Below, one piece after another: positions 38,606-50,655 of a DNA stretch of 64,000 bases. Source of the stretch: Marsupella aquatica (lineage: Eukaryota > Plantae > Marchantiophyta); assembly GCA_973895155.1 (NCBI GenBank), contig OZ316895.1, positions 23,706,281 to 23,770,280 of the forward strand, read 5' to 3'. Under the pieces are notes generated by a model. It did no database searches. It saw only the letters and a list, made by a program, of their open reading frames with translations, and was not told the origin of the DNA. Both the position numbers and the translations under genes were made by a program. The first letter of the stretch is position 1, and every line of letters begins with the position of its first letter.

Positions 38606-39115
38606 AATTTTCCTGACTTTTGATTGAAGTGGCATTTTTTTTAAACATAAGATGAGCCTAAAAGGTGCCAATGCATGTGTACTTTTTCTGTGCCCAGCTT
38701 GTTATCCTCCTCACAGTCTGCACACTTTTCAAAATACAACTGCCAGGCCAACTCCATCACTTACTACCCCACCATCTCAATTATGTTTGAGAACCATTTT
38801 ACTCAAGATCACATGCTGTCGACAATACTAGGCAATACGGGTTTGCCATAGTCTAAGTGTTTTACTGTACATGCACTTGCGCCTTGAATGGTTATGCCCC
38901 TCAAATAGTGACACAACCTACTACAATTCCATGCTTCGCATCAATGGTGTAGATTTTGCACATTTTTAATCTTTTTCATTGACACCTATATTTGTATTTA
39001 CATATTCTTTACACCTATTTTATGCATGCAATCATAGCCTCTAATAATTCAGATTTAAGCACATTTCCAATGGATCATGTTTCTTAGATGGTACTTAGGC
39101 ACCATTTATTGTAAA

Positions 39116-39400
39116 TTAGTTCTTGGACCCCTTGGTTATGTAAGTTTGATGTTATTCAACAATTAAGTCAGAACACATGAAGAGTTGCATATTGAAATAG
39201 GTTTGAATATGGAGATGAGAGAAAAAAAAACTAGTAGATTATTCATGGAAGAGGTGTATGCACAACGTTCCCTTGGTACTCCTATGTCCATAGAGTTCAT
39301 GCAAAATGCTATAGAAACCAAAGGGTTTCTTAATTACATTCCTTGGTATTCCTTTATCCATAGTAGTCAAATGCTAGAGTACACTTCATTGAAATGACAG
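39116..39400 (+). repeat. Dispersed repeat family B, copy 2
   Basis: Homologous to the reverse complement of 14770-15100. Confidence 0.8.
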
Positions 39401-39599
39401 TGATTTTTGGCCATTTTGGTTGAGTTTTTCATCATAAAATGTGCAGGGGTAAATTTAGAAGCTTAATTTCCTTTGTGTTAATGTGAAATATTTGGGCTTG
39501 TGAATTTTTTAGGTCTCCTCCTTCTCTAGTTGCCCTGCAGGTGCAAAACTAAAAATTAGTTTCGTAGTCATAATCATAAAGTTATGGACCCTGAACCAG

Positions 39600-39870
39600 C
39601 ATACTTTTTAAGGGTTTTGGTTTTTTGCCAGAGTGGCAAATGTTCAGAGTATGAAAGGAGAAGATGCTCAAAATATTCCTTATTTGCTTATTTTCCTGAC
39701 CGTCAGATCTCCCTAGATTTAAGGGTGACTGTTAGATTCTGGCTATAGGGGCCTGTGATTAGGTGGGACACCTGCTAATGAGAAAGAAAAATACTAGCCA
39801 AGTTTTGCCAAAAATGGCCAATGCTTTTTGGGGAGCTGAAATTTGGCAATTTTTTGCCACTTAAGAAAAC
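39600..39870 (-). repeat. Dispersed repeat family C, copy 2
   Basis: The reverse complement aligns by eye to 33560-33845. Confidence 0.8.
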
Positions 39871-39919
39871 ATCCCCGAACTCCCATGGACCACCTCTTTG
39901 CCAGCTAGCCAAAGGGCAA

Positions 39920-40190
39920 CACTCTTGCACACCTCTTTGCCAGCTATTCATCAGATGATCAGTAGCATTTGAATGGAGAGACGACAGCGCACTTACCATA
40001 CCAACACCACCCGTTCCCCCCTGCAACTCATCTTGCACAGGACTGCGGTGACTGTCCAAGCCACACTCCAACGTACCAGAAGCACTACTAAGGCTTGGCG
40101 CATACACAGGACTTTAACTGAGCTTTCTCTGATGACTGACAGATCTGCGATGAGAAATCCTACCCCATGGGTTGTCATTTCTGATCGTTG
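39920..40190 (+). pseudogene. Possible 3' remnant of a LINE ORF2
   Basis: I*MERRQRTY resembles the IWxERNxRxF motif at the C-terminus of plant L1 ORF2. This is a single short motif only. Confidence 0.3.
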
Positions 40191-41179
40191 ATTTTAGAAT
40201 TAAGTATAGCGCTCAAAGTAGGATCAACTGCTTAGAGAGACACAAGACTGAATGGTAGGATCAACTGCTTAGAGAGACACAAGACTGAATGGGCTGACTT
40301 TCACCCCCTTGTGCATAAGAGTCCAACTCTGATAGATACCATAGATGCTGGGGTGTGTGGACTACATCTGAAAATGTGGCTTAGCCAGTGGACTCACATT
40401 ATGACTGTGAAATTGTGGTTGATCTTGACCCACTCTCGGCCCAAGTTGAGTTAGTTGGTTCCCAGTTGACCGGTGGCTGTTTCGCTCCCTGCTATGGCGT
40501 TTGGGTGTCTCGTGCATGGGTCCTCCGGATTTATCTGGCGTGTGTGTTGTGGCCCTTTGTGCTTGTTGTTCTCCGTGCAGCTGGTTTTTGCTGCGGTTTC
40601 TTTGAATGTCAATGTGTGCACCATCACTCCTTTAAAATAAAATTTAGAATAAAAACTCTTTGCCAGCTGGCAGCAAGACACAGACAAACTGAAGGAAAAA
40701 CCTTGGTCAGGAGAAAATTGAAACGAAAGGCCAAACACCGTCCTTCCAGAAAGTGTGATGGTTCAGAATTTGAAGCATGGGATTGGAAGAATTCGGGCGG
40801 AAACCAACCGATGGCAGAGCAACAAGCAAGCACACTCTGTGGATTACGGCAATTCTCTGAAGCGGGAGCATCAAGAGGTATGGGAGCTGAGGATTTGGAG
40901 TTTGGACCAATCCGTGGGAAGAGAAGGACCAATCCGTGGGAAGTTCTCTTAAGTAGGGCGTCGAGCGACTTGAAACGGAAGACGTGAACGACGTTCGAGG
41001 AATTTCTCTGCAGCAGGAGGGCACAGAGCGACTTGAAATGAGATCTTAAATTTGAGGAAGTTCTCTGCAGTGGAGCCCGAAGCGATTTGGGAGCTCAGGG
41101 ATTTTATGAATTTCTTCGAGGCGGAAGAGCACGACGGGGTTTTAGGTCGGAGGAAGGTGTCAAGCTCGTATAGTAAACA

Positions 41180-41608
41180 ATGGCAACGCCCTCGGCAGGA
41201 GCCAAAGAGGGTGGCACTGGCGGAGGGGGAGGGGGTGGGGGAAAAGGCTCGAAAGGTGCTGGAGCAGGAGGGCAGGCGTCGGAGACATCTTTGAAGCGGA
41301 AACGCGGACTCTTCAGTAAAGACCTCCGGTTCATGATGTATGGGTTTGGAGACGACCCTGATCCCATGCCAGAGACGGTGCTTCTAGTAGAGGACATACT
41401 GCTGGACTACATCACGGACATGATCCACAAGGCACAAGAAGTGGCAGCCAGGAGAGGCAAGCTGACGACGGAAGACATCATGTTTCTGGTTCGTAAGGAT
41501 TCCCGGAAGTTTGCTCGTGTAAAGGAGCTTCTGGCCATGAATGAGGAGCTGAAACGAGCGAGAAAGGCATTTGAGGTTGATGAAGATAAATTTGCTCTCG
41601 ATGAGTGA
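41180..41608 (+). CDS. TAF13: Transcription initiation factor TFIID subunit 13, intronless CDS
   Basis: KRKRGLFSKDLRFMMYGFGDDPDPMPETVLLVEDI..RGKLTTEDIMFLVRKDSRKFARVKELLAMNEELKRARKAF is the TFIID-18kDa histone fold. Confidence 0.96.
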   Translation: MATPSAGAKEGGTGGGGGGGGKGSKGAGAGGQASETSLKRKRGLFSKDLRFMMYGFGDDPDPMPETVLLVEDILLDYITDMIHKAQEVAARRGKLTTEDIMFLVRKDSRKFARVKELLAMNEELKRARKAFEVDEDKFALDE

Positions 41609-43769
41609 GAAGCATTTGAGGGTCAAGAGAGAGAAGGTCCCCATCGATGAATGACAGGATTTGAGCTGGATGAAGAGGAGTTTGCAATCGAGGAATTCAA
41701 CTGTATAAACTGTAGTGCGAAATCGATGAGCGAAAATGATGTAAAGTGGATGGAGAGAAGGTTTCACTCGGCGACTAGGAACCATTAGAAGTGGACGGGG
41801 AGGAGTTTGCAATCTATGAATTAGTACCCTAACGACGAAATGCTGTGTGGCGACTTGAAAATGTAGTGTGCATATCTTTAGATTGAACTTGAATCAGGTT
41901 ACTGGCACATAGATTGTCGACTCCAGGCGGCCAATTTGAAGACTTCAAACTGTCGATTTCTGGCATTAGAATGACCTCTTGAATGGCAAAGGTACAACTT
42001 GTTGAGCTGGCTACAACTGTTTCACTTCAAGCGCAGCTTTGCAACTTACAAATTGTGGTGCACCGTGCGGTAGTGTACCTAAGGATCAGGCCCAGCTGTG
42101 AATGTTTGTAGACTACTCTTGATGCATTTGAGTGGGGCGAGTCCAGTGAATGATTGGTTTTGACAAGTTCTTCGTGGCAGAATCCAACGTTCAGCCTTTC
42201 TCTCTATGTTCAACTGTAGGTTCAATTCACACTCTGTCCCTCTCTCCCTGTCCAAACACCACTACTACTCCCTATTTGCCAACCCACAATGTTTGTTCAC
42301 ACTTGTGGCACTTACTCTTCAGTTTCTTTTTGTGACTTGTCTCTCCCGCTCTTGCCATCTGGTCCTTTCCGACCCATGCGCTGATTTTGATCTGTGAGCT
42401 ACCATTAATTCACCCTTTCTCCGTGACTGTCTTTAATTGTTCATTCATTCGTTCTCTCTTTACAGATTCTAAATTCGTAATATTCTTTCTGTTCTCTCTT
42501 CGCTTTCATGAGGAGAAGAGAAATTTTCTTAGATAAAATCACAAGGAACAGTCGTTTAGGGTTCAGAAGTCGAGACTTGAAAGTTAATTGTGCGATAAAT
42601 AAAACAAACAACATTGGCTCGTCATTGTTATTGAAGGATCTTGTAACAGAGTTCACCTTACTGTAAGCGAGGATAGACATTCCTCTCAAATGCCACTCTT
42701 GTTCTTCTGTCCGTCTGGTAGGCTGTTGTTTTCGGTCTGTCGATTCAACTTTGTATATGCAGTGTTAATCACATGACACGCCCTCAACATTTCGTCCTCA
42801 CTCTTCACTTTGCAAATTCAGACATCGTGATCTATTGGGTCTGAGGATTTCAGGTGTGGAAATCTCCTGTTTAGGATTTGTACTGATGACTGAGGCTCGT
42901 CTATCGAAATTGCTAGCCAATTTTTGGCAATTGTGCGTATGACTCATTTAATTACCACTTTTCCACTTCCTAACAGGCTTGCACTCGTCCACTGTTGTCA
43001 TCGGAAGGACTGTTATGTAATACACTACAAGAATAACAGTGTCATCATCATGAACATCAAGATGGCCTTATTTAACAAGGCCTTATGAACAGTTCTTTCA
43101 ATGGCTCGATACCGGAGTAGCCTAGTCCATTGCCATCATCGAGACGCGAGTCCTTACTAGGCTACCCCCACATACTGGAAATGGCTTCCGCCAAATACTG
43201 GACGAAGTTGCTTAACTAGCCGAAACTAATGACTTATTTACCCCCTTCAATCAATCACGCCTAGGAGCATATTCTAACTATGTTCTCTGTTTAGATGAGC
43301 AGCATATTCTAATTATGGTTTCTGCTTTAGGCATCTGATTAATTGTAAGGGGACAATGTAGTATTGAGATTAATGTTGGGGGTAGGCTGGTAATATCATG
43401 GGCTTCTTGGGGTAGGTTTAAAATTGTTAAAGAATATCAAAGCATACAAGTGATCAGTTTATCCTAAACGTCTGGTGGTATCGGTATTGCATTTTGTCTC
43501 TAAATGACTTGTTTGGCTGCCACGTGGTGTGGCGCAGGGCACAATATCTTCCTCGTGTTTTCTCTGCACCCCTACTCCCTTCTGGTCCTCTGGGCTTTGG
43601 CCCCCCTTGTGGGCTGCAGGTTCAATGTATGCTAGTCAAGAATTTCGTTTAATCTTCCAAGAAAAAATGTACATTGTTCTTATAGAAATTTGTGAAAGTT
43701 TGATGCTCAGTAGGGCTTTTATTCTTGTGCTGCTGCTGTAGGGACTGCGAGACTTTTTGGCTGGTTGAT

Positions 43770-43885
43770 CCTCCTGGGGTTTTTCTTGGCTTCTCCCCCT
43801 TATTGGGTCTCTGGACTGGCCTCAAAGATCCTGTCTCCTCTTTTGGAGTTTTTTCTATTTGGCAGTGTAATATATATATAAAAAC
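43770..43885 (+). repeat. Short dispersed repeat family D (related copies at about 53795-53882 + and 45380-45545 -); possibly non-LTR 3' tails
   Basis: Shared C(C/T)TGGGG..TTTT..CTTC..CC(C/T)TT..T(G/A)GGT..CT segment, ending in TGTAATATATA or GTGATACATA. Confidence 0.4.
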
Positions 43886-43994
43886 CCATCACATTATATT
43901 CTTTACAAAAAATGAATAAAAACCCGTTACATTACATTCTCTACACAAAGAGAATCCAATGGAAAGTGGATATATATAAAACTGGGATTTAATA

Positions 43995-44105
43995 GAATGC
44001 CATTTGTTTTTGGTATAATACATACCTTGTCATCTATTTTTTTTCTATTTATCACTATGCCACTCTTTTTGTTTGTGAGTAAAAACAATTGACCTTGGTT
44101 AGGTA
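43995..44105 (+). mobile_element. MITE family A, solo left TIR
   Basis: TTTTTGGTATAATACATACCTTGTCA..TTTTCTATTTATCACTATGCCA..TTTGTGAGT..TGGTTAG matches 13600-13700. Confidence 0.7.
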
Positions 44106-44549
44106 TCAGGATTTTATCTCAAGACATTTAACTCCAAGTTTTTTACTAAACTATTTTACATGCAATAACCTACCTCACCCTGTGGATAAATCAAGTTTTT
44201 GACATTTTTAAGGGATCCTACTATTGAGGGCTTCAAAGATACAAGGGAAACTTAAAAAGTTTCAAATGCTTGATAGTTTAATTAATATTACTAATCTATA
44301 TGATATTTATTAAGTATAGTACATCTAATTTTGCATACAATCTCATTACACCTTACAAATTATATACTCAAGTATCAAGTATTTTGCTTGAGTAGATCAT
44401 TTGTAAGGTATTTAACATGATACCAATGTCCGGATTACTGGGTAGCAGGCAACCAGTTACGGGGCTAATCAATGCTAATCTCATGATTAGCCTCAATCTT
44501 GAGGTTTGTCCTCACCTTACAAATTATAGACTTCAGAGTGCCCTGGCAA

Positions 44550-45000
44550 TGCACAGCTGCTGTTGCAGGAGGGGTAACATTTGCCCTCTCTCCATAGAGG
44601 GCATGCATCCGTTTGAAGTTAGGCATATCTTATCTAGCTTATCTCAAGGATATACCAGCCCTTAGCTCTGACATTGAAAGACCAGCGCCTGGATCATTTT
44701 TCATGCATGGCCAGAGCCTTGTATTTTTTGACATAACAATTGAACCTTTTGCCAAGGTTCTCTCCTGTGTTTTGGGAGCCCTTGGTCATGGAGAACAACC
44801 AGCATGAGTTGAAAACCATCTCCTTGAAGGATGTCTTGTCCCGACAGAAACCTACAAGAGGAGCCATTCAACATGGCAAAATTGTCTAGATTTTCAAGCC
44901 ATTTGACGAACTTACTCAAGTGCTCTGCAGTGAGCTTGGACAAACCTCCACAAACCTTCCTCAATTGAGAGGCCACCATATTTGGTCCAAGGTCTGTCAC
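44550..45000 (-). pseudogene. Decayed Myb/SANT-like ORF of the type associated with PIF/Harbinger transposons
   Basis: Frameshifted fragments FVKWLENLDNFAMLNG, GENLGKRFNCYVKKYK, DPGAGLSMSELRAGIS, DKLDKIC and PNFKRMHALYGERANVTPP. The family assignment is from recalled motif pattern, not a search. Confidence 0.5.
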
Positions 45001-48000
45001 TTGCAAATCAGGAACCACTGGACTCTGTGAGTTGAGGCGCGAGAAAGGGACAATTCTCTGCACACAAAGTTGGTGCACTCAAAAACAAGTGAATAAATTC
45101 AAATTGACACTGAGCACGCATTGCTTAACCAGGGCTAAACCCACGGTCAGGAGGGCTACTGGCCATCTGAAAGTCCCTGCCCCCTCCCCTCCCCCTTCTG
45201 CATGCCCGAAAAGCAGGACTTGGTAGTAATCTTGGTGTGGGCACGTTTCTTGGGGGGTCACATGCCCGGACTACTGTCGCGCCCTTGAACCTTGAGACGC
45301 CCTATGCCTTTGGTATCCTGTTTCCCAGGAAGGCCGTTTGTTTTTTGCAGTCATGCATATATACCATAACATTAGATTCTCCACACAAAGTATGTATCAC
45401 TGTGCCAAAGCCAAACGACAAAAACACCCAACAAGGAGGACACATGGTCCCAAAGACAAAGTACCCAATAAAGGTGGTCCCAAAGACAAAGTACCCAATA
45501 AAGGAGAGGGAAGGGAAAAAGGCCCCAAGAAAGCCGAGGTGGTCCAACAAAGAGTATCCAAGGGACCCATAATCCAGATGGATAAAGAAAGAGTCCGCCC
45601 AACTATCCGCCAGCGGGTTTCGATCCCAGAGCCAGTGAGCCACCATCGTCCGTCGCGACGCCAGCCCCTGCTCGGCGCCCCTCGGCGCCCCTTTCTGCAC
45701 AGCTAATTCCCGTTCGTACAGTACCAGCGGCTCTTCGAGGTACTGTACCTGAGCTCCACGCATATACGTTCGCGGGTTCGAAACTGGTCGAGGTACAAAT
45801 GCACGAAGGACAGAAACTGACCGCGCAAAATTCACGCCACTATGCAGAAAAACGGTTCCGGCAACTCGTCGACGAGCTCTAAACATGGCGATGTCTGGAA
45901 ACCACAGTCACGGAGAAAATCCTGTTCTGAAATCGGCTATGGCAGACTGCGGTTCTCGTCAGTAGCGCGGAGTAATGGATGGCGCATAAAGCTGTCGGTG
46001 CTGAAGAATTCGGCGATGGATGGTTGTGGATTTTGCATGGCGGGCTGTTACCGTGGCCATGGTGGATTGCGATTGTGGCGTCCTGTATTGCTAAGCTAAG
46101 GGAGATCAGATCATTTACTCGTCGATTCAATCGATCGGCGTCTGACGAGAAACGAGAAAGCTATCGATCGATAGTTTCGCTTTTCACCGGCTCAATTGAA
46201 AGGAGCAGTACCTCCTCTGTGCTGCTCTGCGCTGGTTGATCGTGCGTTTCTGTAGACAGACAAAGACCGACGAAGGGACAGGAAGGAAGAGTGATCTGAG
46301 TTCACTGCGTTTCTCAAGTCGGACGAAGAGAGATCAAGAGAGGAAAAGCAGAGGACCTGAATTAGGTCGGTTTAAGCTGTGATCAGAACAAATAGCTCAG
46401 ATTAGCTCCGAACGATCATCCAGGATATACTCCGATTAACGGTGGTTCAGCAGCGAAAGAAGGAACCAGGAAGGAGAAAGTAAACTGGCTGACGTCCTCC
46501 TCGCTGGCTGATGCCTTCATGCCTCCCCTGCGTGCTTGCTGCCTGCCATGCACTACTACATCGTGACTAAAGCAACAGCACGTACCTACTCGATTCTGCC
46601 AATTGCTACAGCCTGTGGCTGAAAAAGCTGTCATGGTCCTGCCCTGCAATCCCTGCCGTAGCCTGTCTATAACACAATTAAAGGGGCAGTACCGGTACCT
46701 ACGAGATTGTCTGATTGTGGGATGTCAGACGGGAAGACAGAGGCTGATCCGAGACTGTGCCGTAGAATAAGAATATGATCCTGACCGAAGTCCTCTCTTC
46801 AGCACTGATTTCAATGTGATCGGCGGGAGACCAGCACAAGCAGAAGCGGAGGGGATGGAGACAAATAATAAAGTGGTTGCCAGTTGAGCCTTCAAAACGA
46901 AAGCTACACGCTACTATCGCTGGCTGGCTGGCTGGCTGGCGGCCTCAACTAACTTGGATTGCCTTGACATTTCTTTAGGTCCCTTTGCTTCGACTTACTC
47001 CGACGTACTCCCTTCCTTTTGGCTTACTTTGTGTTAGTTTACATTCCATTTCTATGACTTACTTTCCTTTATTTGCTTTTCTTCATTTGCTTTGCTGAAC
47101 TCGCCGCGATTTTCTACAATAGCTCGCCTCCGAGTCGAGCTCCGTCTGTCAAGCAAACCATGCCAACCAGCTTTACCGCACTCGAAGGGAAGGGAAAGGA
47201 AAGGGCAGATACGTTAATTCCAAGAGAGCAGGCGATCGACTAGTCATTCACATTCGAAGGTGCAGTGCAGAAATGGGACCACGTCATAATCAGCATGATG
47301 CAAGATAGAGCTCGGCTGGAGAGATACAGACATGCGGTAGACACGCAGTAGATACAAAGATATAGATCGAGAGCGAGTAGGTGCAGCGGCGTGTTTATTC
47401 ACCGGATCCAAAGTTTGCTCCCTGGCGCACCATGCACTAGGATTTTGTACATGCACGCTGATTGTCCATTCATCGTGTCATTTATTGACGATCGACCTGC
47501 AGTGTGTATTGACTGATCCTGACGGTATCTAGCTCTTCAGAGGCATTAGAGCGCTCTGAATTACATGGCATTGCATATCGTGGCCCATGCCAGACTGAGC
47601 GCTCGTAGTTATTAAATGATGAGATTCATGTAGTTTATTTCGAAGGTAGGTAGATGACCTGGTACAGTCGGTATATACAACTTTGTTTTCATAGAACCCC
47701 GTCTAGTCCACGATTCAGTCTCGGAAATGCTGTTTTGGCCGACGAAGAGAAGCTGTATCATTCATAGCTACGTGCAAGTAGGTAGCTTTGAGACGAATTG
47801 TGCGGGGACTTATGTTCTTTGTGTGGCCTAGTTGCTGAATTGCTCCATTTGGCATCGGAGCGTCACTTCCTGATCGAATAGACGCGGCATGGTGCACGGG
47901 ATCGGCAAGCTTTGGTTTGGTTGGCAATGACAAAAGTCTAGAACCAGTTTGGATCCAGAAAGTGTCTGGACTTTATGATTTCAAGAGCTTTAAGCTATCA

Positions 48001-48605
48001 TCTGCGTCGAGTTGGACAGCAGCAATCCCAACATCGATCGCTTGCGATATGATATATTCATTTGGAGCGGCACTCTTAGCATCGATGTTCTGCCTTCATC
48101 TAGGATGATGATCAACTTGTATCCCTGGCCAGCAGAAGGTCTTAAGATGTTGAAAGGATTCGAAGTGTCTTCCTGATTCCCTTTGGCTCATCACGGTTTT
48201 CGATACTAGAGCCGGTATTAGAGGTGGTGAAATTCACCCAGCTGCCGGTGGAGTTAGAGCTGGGAGTGAGGCGGTCTTATTAGCAGGACTCCTAGAGTAT
48301 CCGATTGTGACTGCAAAGCTTTCTTTGTACGTAACGTGCAGCTCAGTGCCCTCAGGAAAATCTCATGGCGAGGCCAAGGCGGGGGCCAAGGTCCAGTTGA
48401 TGCACTTAGTCTAGTATTTCTGTGTGCTGCAGCCATTATTTGAACTTTTCTCTGGATCGAGGTTAAAGTGTTTATCTGAACAAGAGGAAGCTTATTGGCA
48501 CAATGCGAATCCTCCGTTGAAGATTAATACCCTCGCTCAATTTCTGTTTGGAATTTTCTGTAGTAAGCAATTAAGTGCTCAAAATTTTGAGGACGGATTC
48601 TTATC

Positions 48606-49136
48606 ATGCCGTCGTCTTGGTTGATGAATTTGGCGTCGTTTGCAAAAGGAAGAATCAAAAGATCTTCACAGAAGCAAATAACCTATACTTATACTGTGGA
48701 CACCAGTCGGAGACGAGGCTCATCTCGGTCGCGATTACAGTCCTCTTCCCCCGGAGGAACGCCAAGCTCTCGGGACAGCAGCAGCGGATCGGATTCAGCC
48801 AGACTTCCCAACGAGATTCGGCCGGGGTATGTCATCGTTTACGTCGGCAGTGAACGGAAGAGATTCATCGTCTCCACCAGCATTTTGAGCCATCCTCTCT
48901 TCATGCTCGTGCTGGAAAAGCTGGACAGTGGTGACGTCCTTGACGATCACCGGCCGTTCCGAGACGATGACGAAACGGGCGGCATCCTTCTCTCCTGCAA
49001 TACGGAGTTCCTGCATCGACTTCTCTTTTTGATCGACAGCGGGGGAGATCATAATCAGGAAATGCGATGGGATGAGCTGAAAACGTATTTGGAAGGCGAT
49101 GGTTATTGCCACTTTGCTGGTCCCACCCGGCAATGA
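48606..49136 (+). CDS. SAUR: SAUR (small auxin-up RNA) domain protein, intronless
   Basis: IRPGYVIVYVGSERKRFIVSTSILSHPLFMLVLEK...GGILLSC matches the Auxin_inducible (SAUR) core. The N-terminus is Ser/Arg-rich. Confidence 0.85.
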   Translation: MPSSWLMNLASFAKGRIKRSSQKQITYTYTVDTSRRRGSSRSRLQSSSPGGTPSSRDSSSGSDSARLPNEIRPGYVIVYVGSERKRFIVSTSILSHPLFMLVLEKLDSGDVLDDHRPFRDDDETGGILLSCNTEFLHRLLFLIDSGGDHNQEMRWDELKTYLEGDGYCHFAGPTRQ

Positions 49137-50242
49137 GGCCGAGCGACCACTCACGAACCCCGATCAGAATTTCTGAGATGATCATGCTGCATAGTATAAT
49201 TATGCAGCTTGGAACTAATCCGCCAATGCGAGTTGGAGGACTGATAGCATTTATAGCCGTGCTCATTCTTTCATTTGGTATTCGATTGGCTCCACTCTGA
49301 CTGAGAGCAATGGAAATTTTACAGGCTGCACTCAATTCATTTCTTCGTAGATGGATCGCTTCTCTGCAATGTTACGGATCAATGGCTACAGTACCTAACG
49401 AGCGTTATGACGAGCAGCGAATGCCGGTGTTGGCAATCCCGTAACGAATCAGCCTTATTTGGAGCAAGATCTTGATATGTATCTGTCGGCACACGACAGG
49501 TTTATCGATCCCTAGGAGATACTAAATACTGCATTGGGTTGAAGATGATCATAGAGTTGCAATTGAACAAGGTAGTCGTAGGGTTGGGGTTAAAAAATGT
49601 AAAGTAGCAAGGCGATTTCTCATGTCGTCCATCGATATCATCCTTTTTAATAGGTCCGGTACATGTTACGTAACATGTACCGTAGTACCTCAGCAAGCGC
49701 TTTTGTACCGATCAATTCAGAATTTCAGATGTATATATAGGAGCCCAGTGGAGCATGTTTCCGAATCAGAAGTGCTACATGCAAGCTCTGTTGTGCATCC
49801 GTGTTCATTTCTCTGGCTGAATCAGGACCACTTGCAAACATTAAAGGCTACGAAAGAGCCTTCAGTTGGAACGTCTTTCGGTAGTCATGTGTTGGTTTCA
49901 ATTCCAGATCTTCTCTCCAGAGTCCATACGACTCTTCGATGCCGACTCGATACGTGTGTCTCCGTTCCTCCATCCGTCCCTTCGACTTCAGTCAATTTCA
50001 AGTCATTAAATTCTCCTTTAACAGTAGCACATTTGCGTGGCACGCCTTTAAAGAGCCCCTCGCTTCAACTGCGACTCGGTACATTTAGCCCTCCAAAGAC
50101 AACAACTCGTGCTCGTAGAATTACGTATTCAATTTTCAGATCCTGTCTGGCTGCCTTCCTCAGCTTGTTCGATAAATCCGGCTGTCCGTCGCAGAATCTC
50201 CGATCATCAATGTCAGCAGACGCTATGTAGAAAACTTACAGC

Positions 50243-50655
50243 ACTCCGCGTTCAATCCTGTCTCCATGGCCCAATGTCGTCCTCAGCTCGTCTACGTTCT
50301 CAGTATGTTCCCCACTCAGAGTCTCAGATCATTACTCCACGTTCAATCCTGTCTCCATGGCCCTCTGTCGTCCTCAGCTCGTCTACGTTCTCAGTATGTT
50401 CCCCACTCAGATCATCAGTTTTATCATGCGGCACTGCCGTACTGGCCGAGCTCTCCACCATAATGGCAGCGCGAGAGAGATCCGCACGGCCCGGAGGTTT
50501 GCATACTCCAACATGTTTTTTCATTATTCAGAAAGTATTTGAGCGTCCCCGTCTTGCATTCATGCATTGTCGCATTGACATGGATTGCATACTCCAACAT
50601 GTTTTTCATTATCCAGAAAGTATTTGAGCTTCCCCGTCTTGCATTCATGCATTGA
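50243..50655 (+). repeat. Two adjacent tandem duplications (periods 91 and 86 bp)
   Basis: ACTCC.CGTTCAATCCTGTCTCCATGGCCC.. at 50243 and 50334. GCATACTCCAACATGTTTTT.. at 50501 and 50587. Confidence 0.9.

Noticed and set aside
40388-40987. 199-aa ORF upstream of TAF13
   Set aside because: GTG start and no recognisable motifs. It is probably promoter or 5'UTR.
49622-50627. 202-aa and 172-aa ORFs downstream of SAUR
   Set aside because: No domain similarity was recognised, and the second ORF runs through a tandem duplication whose period is not a multiple of three.
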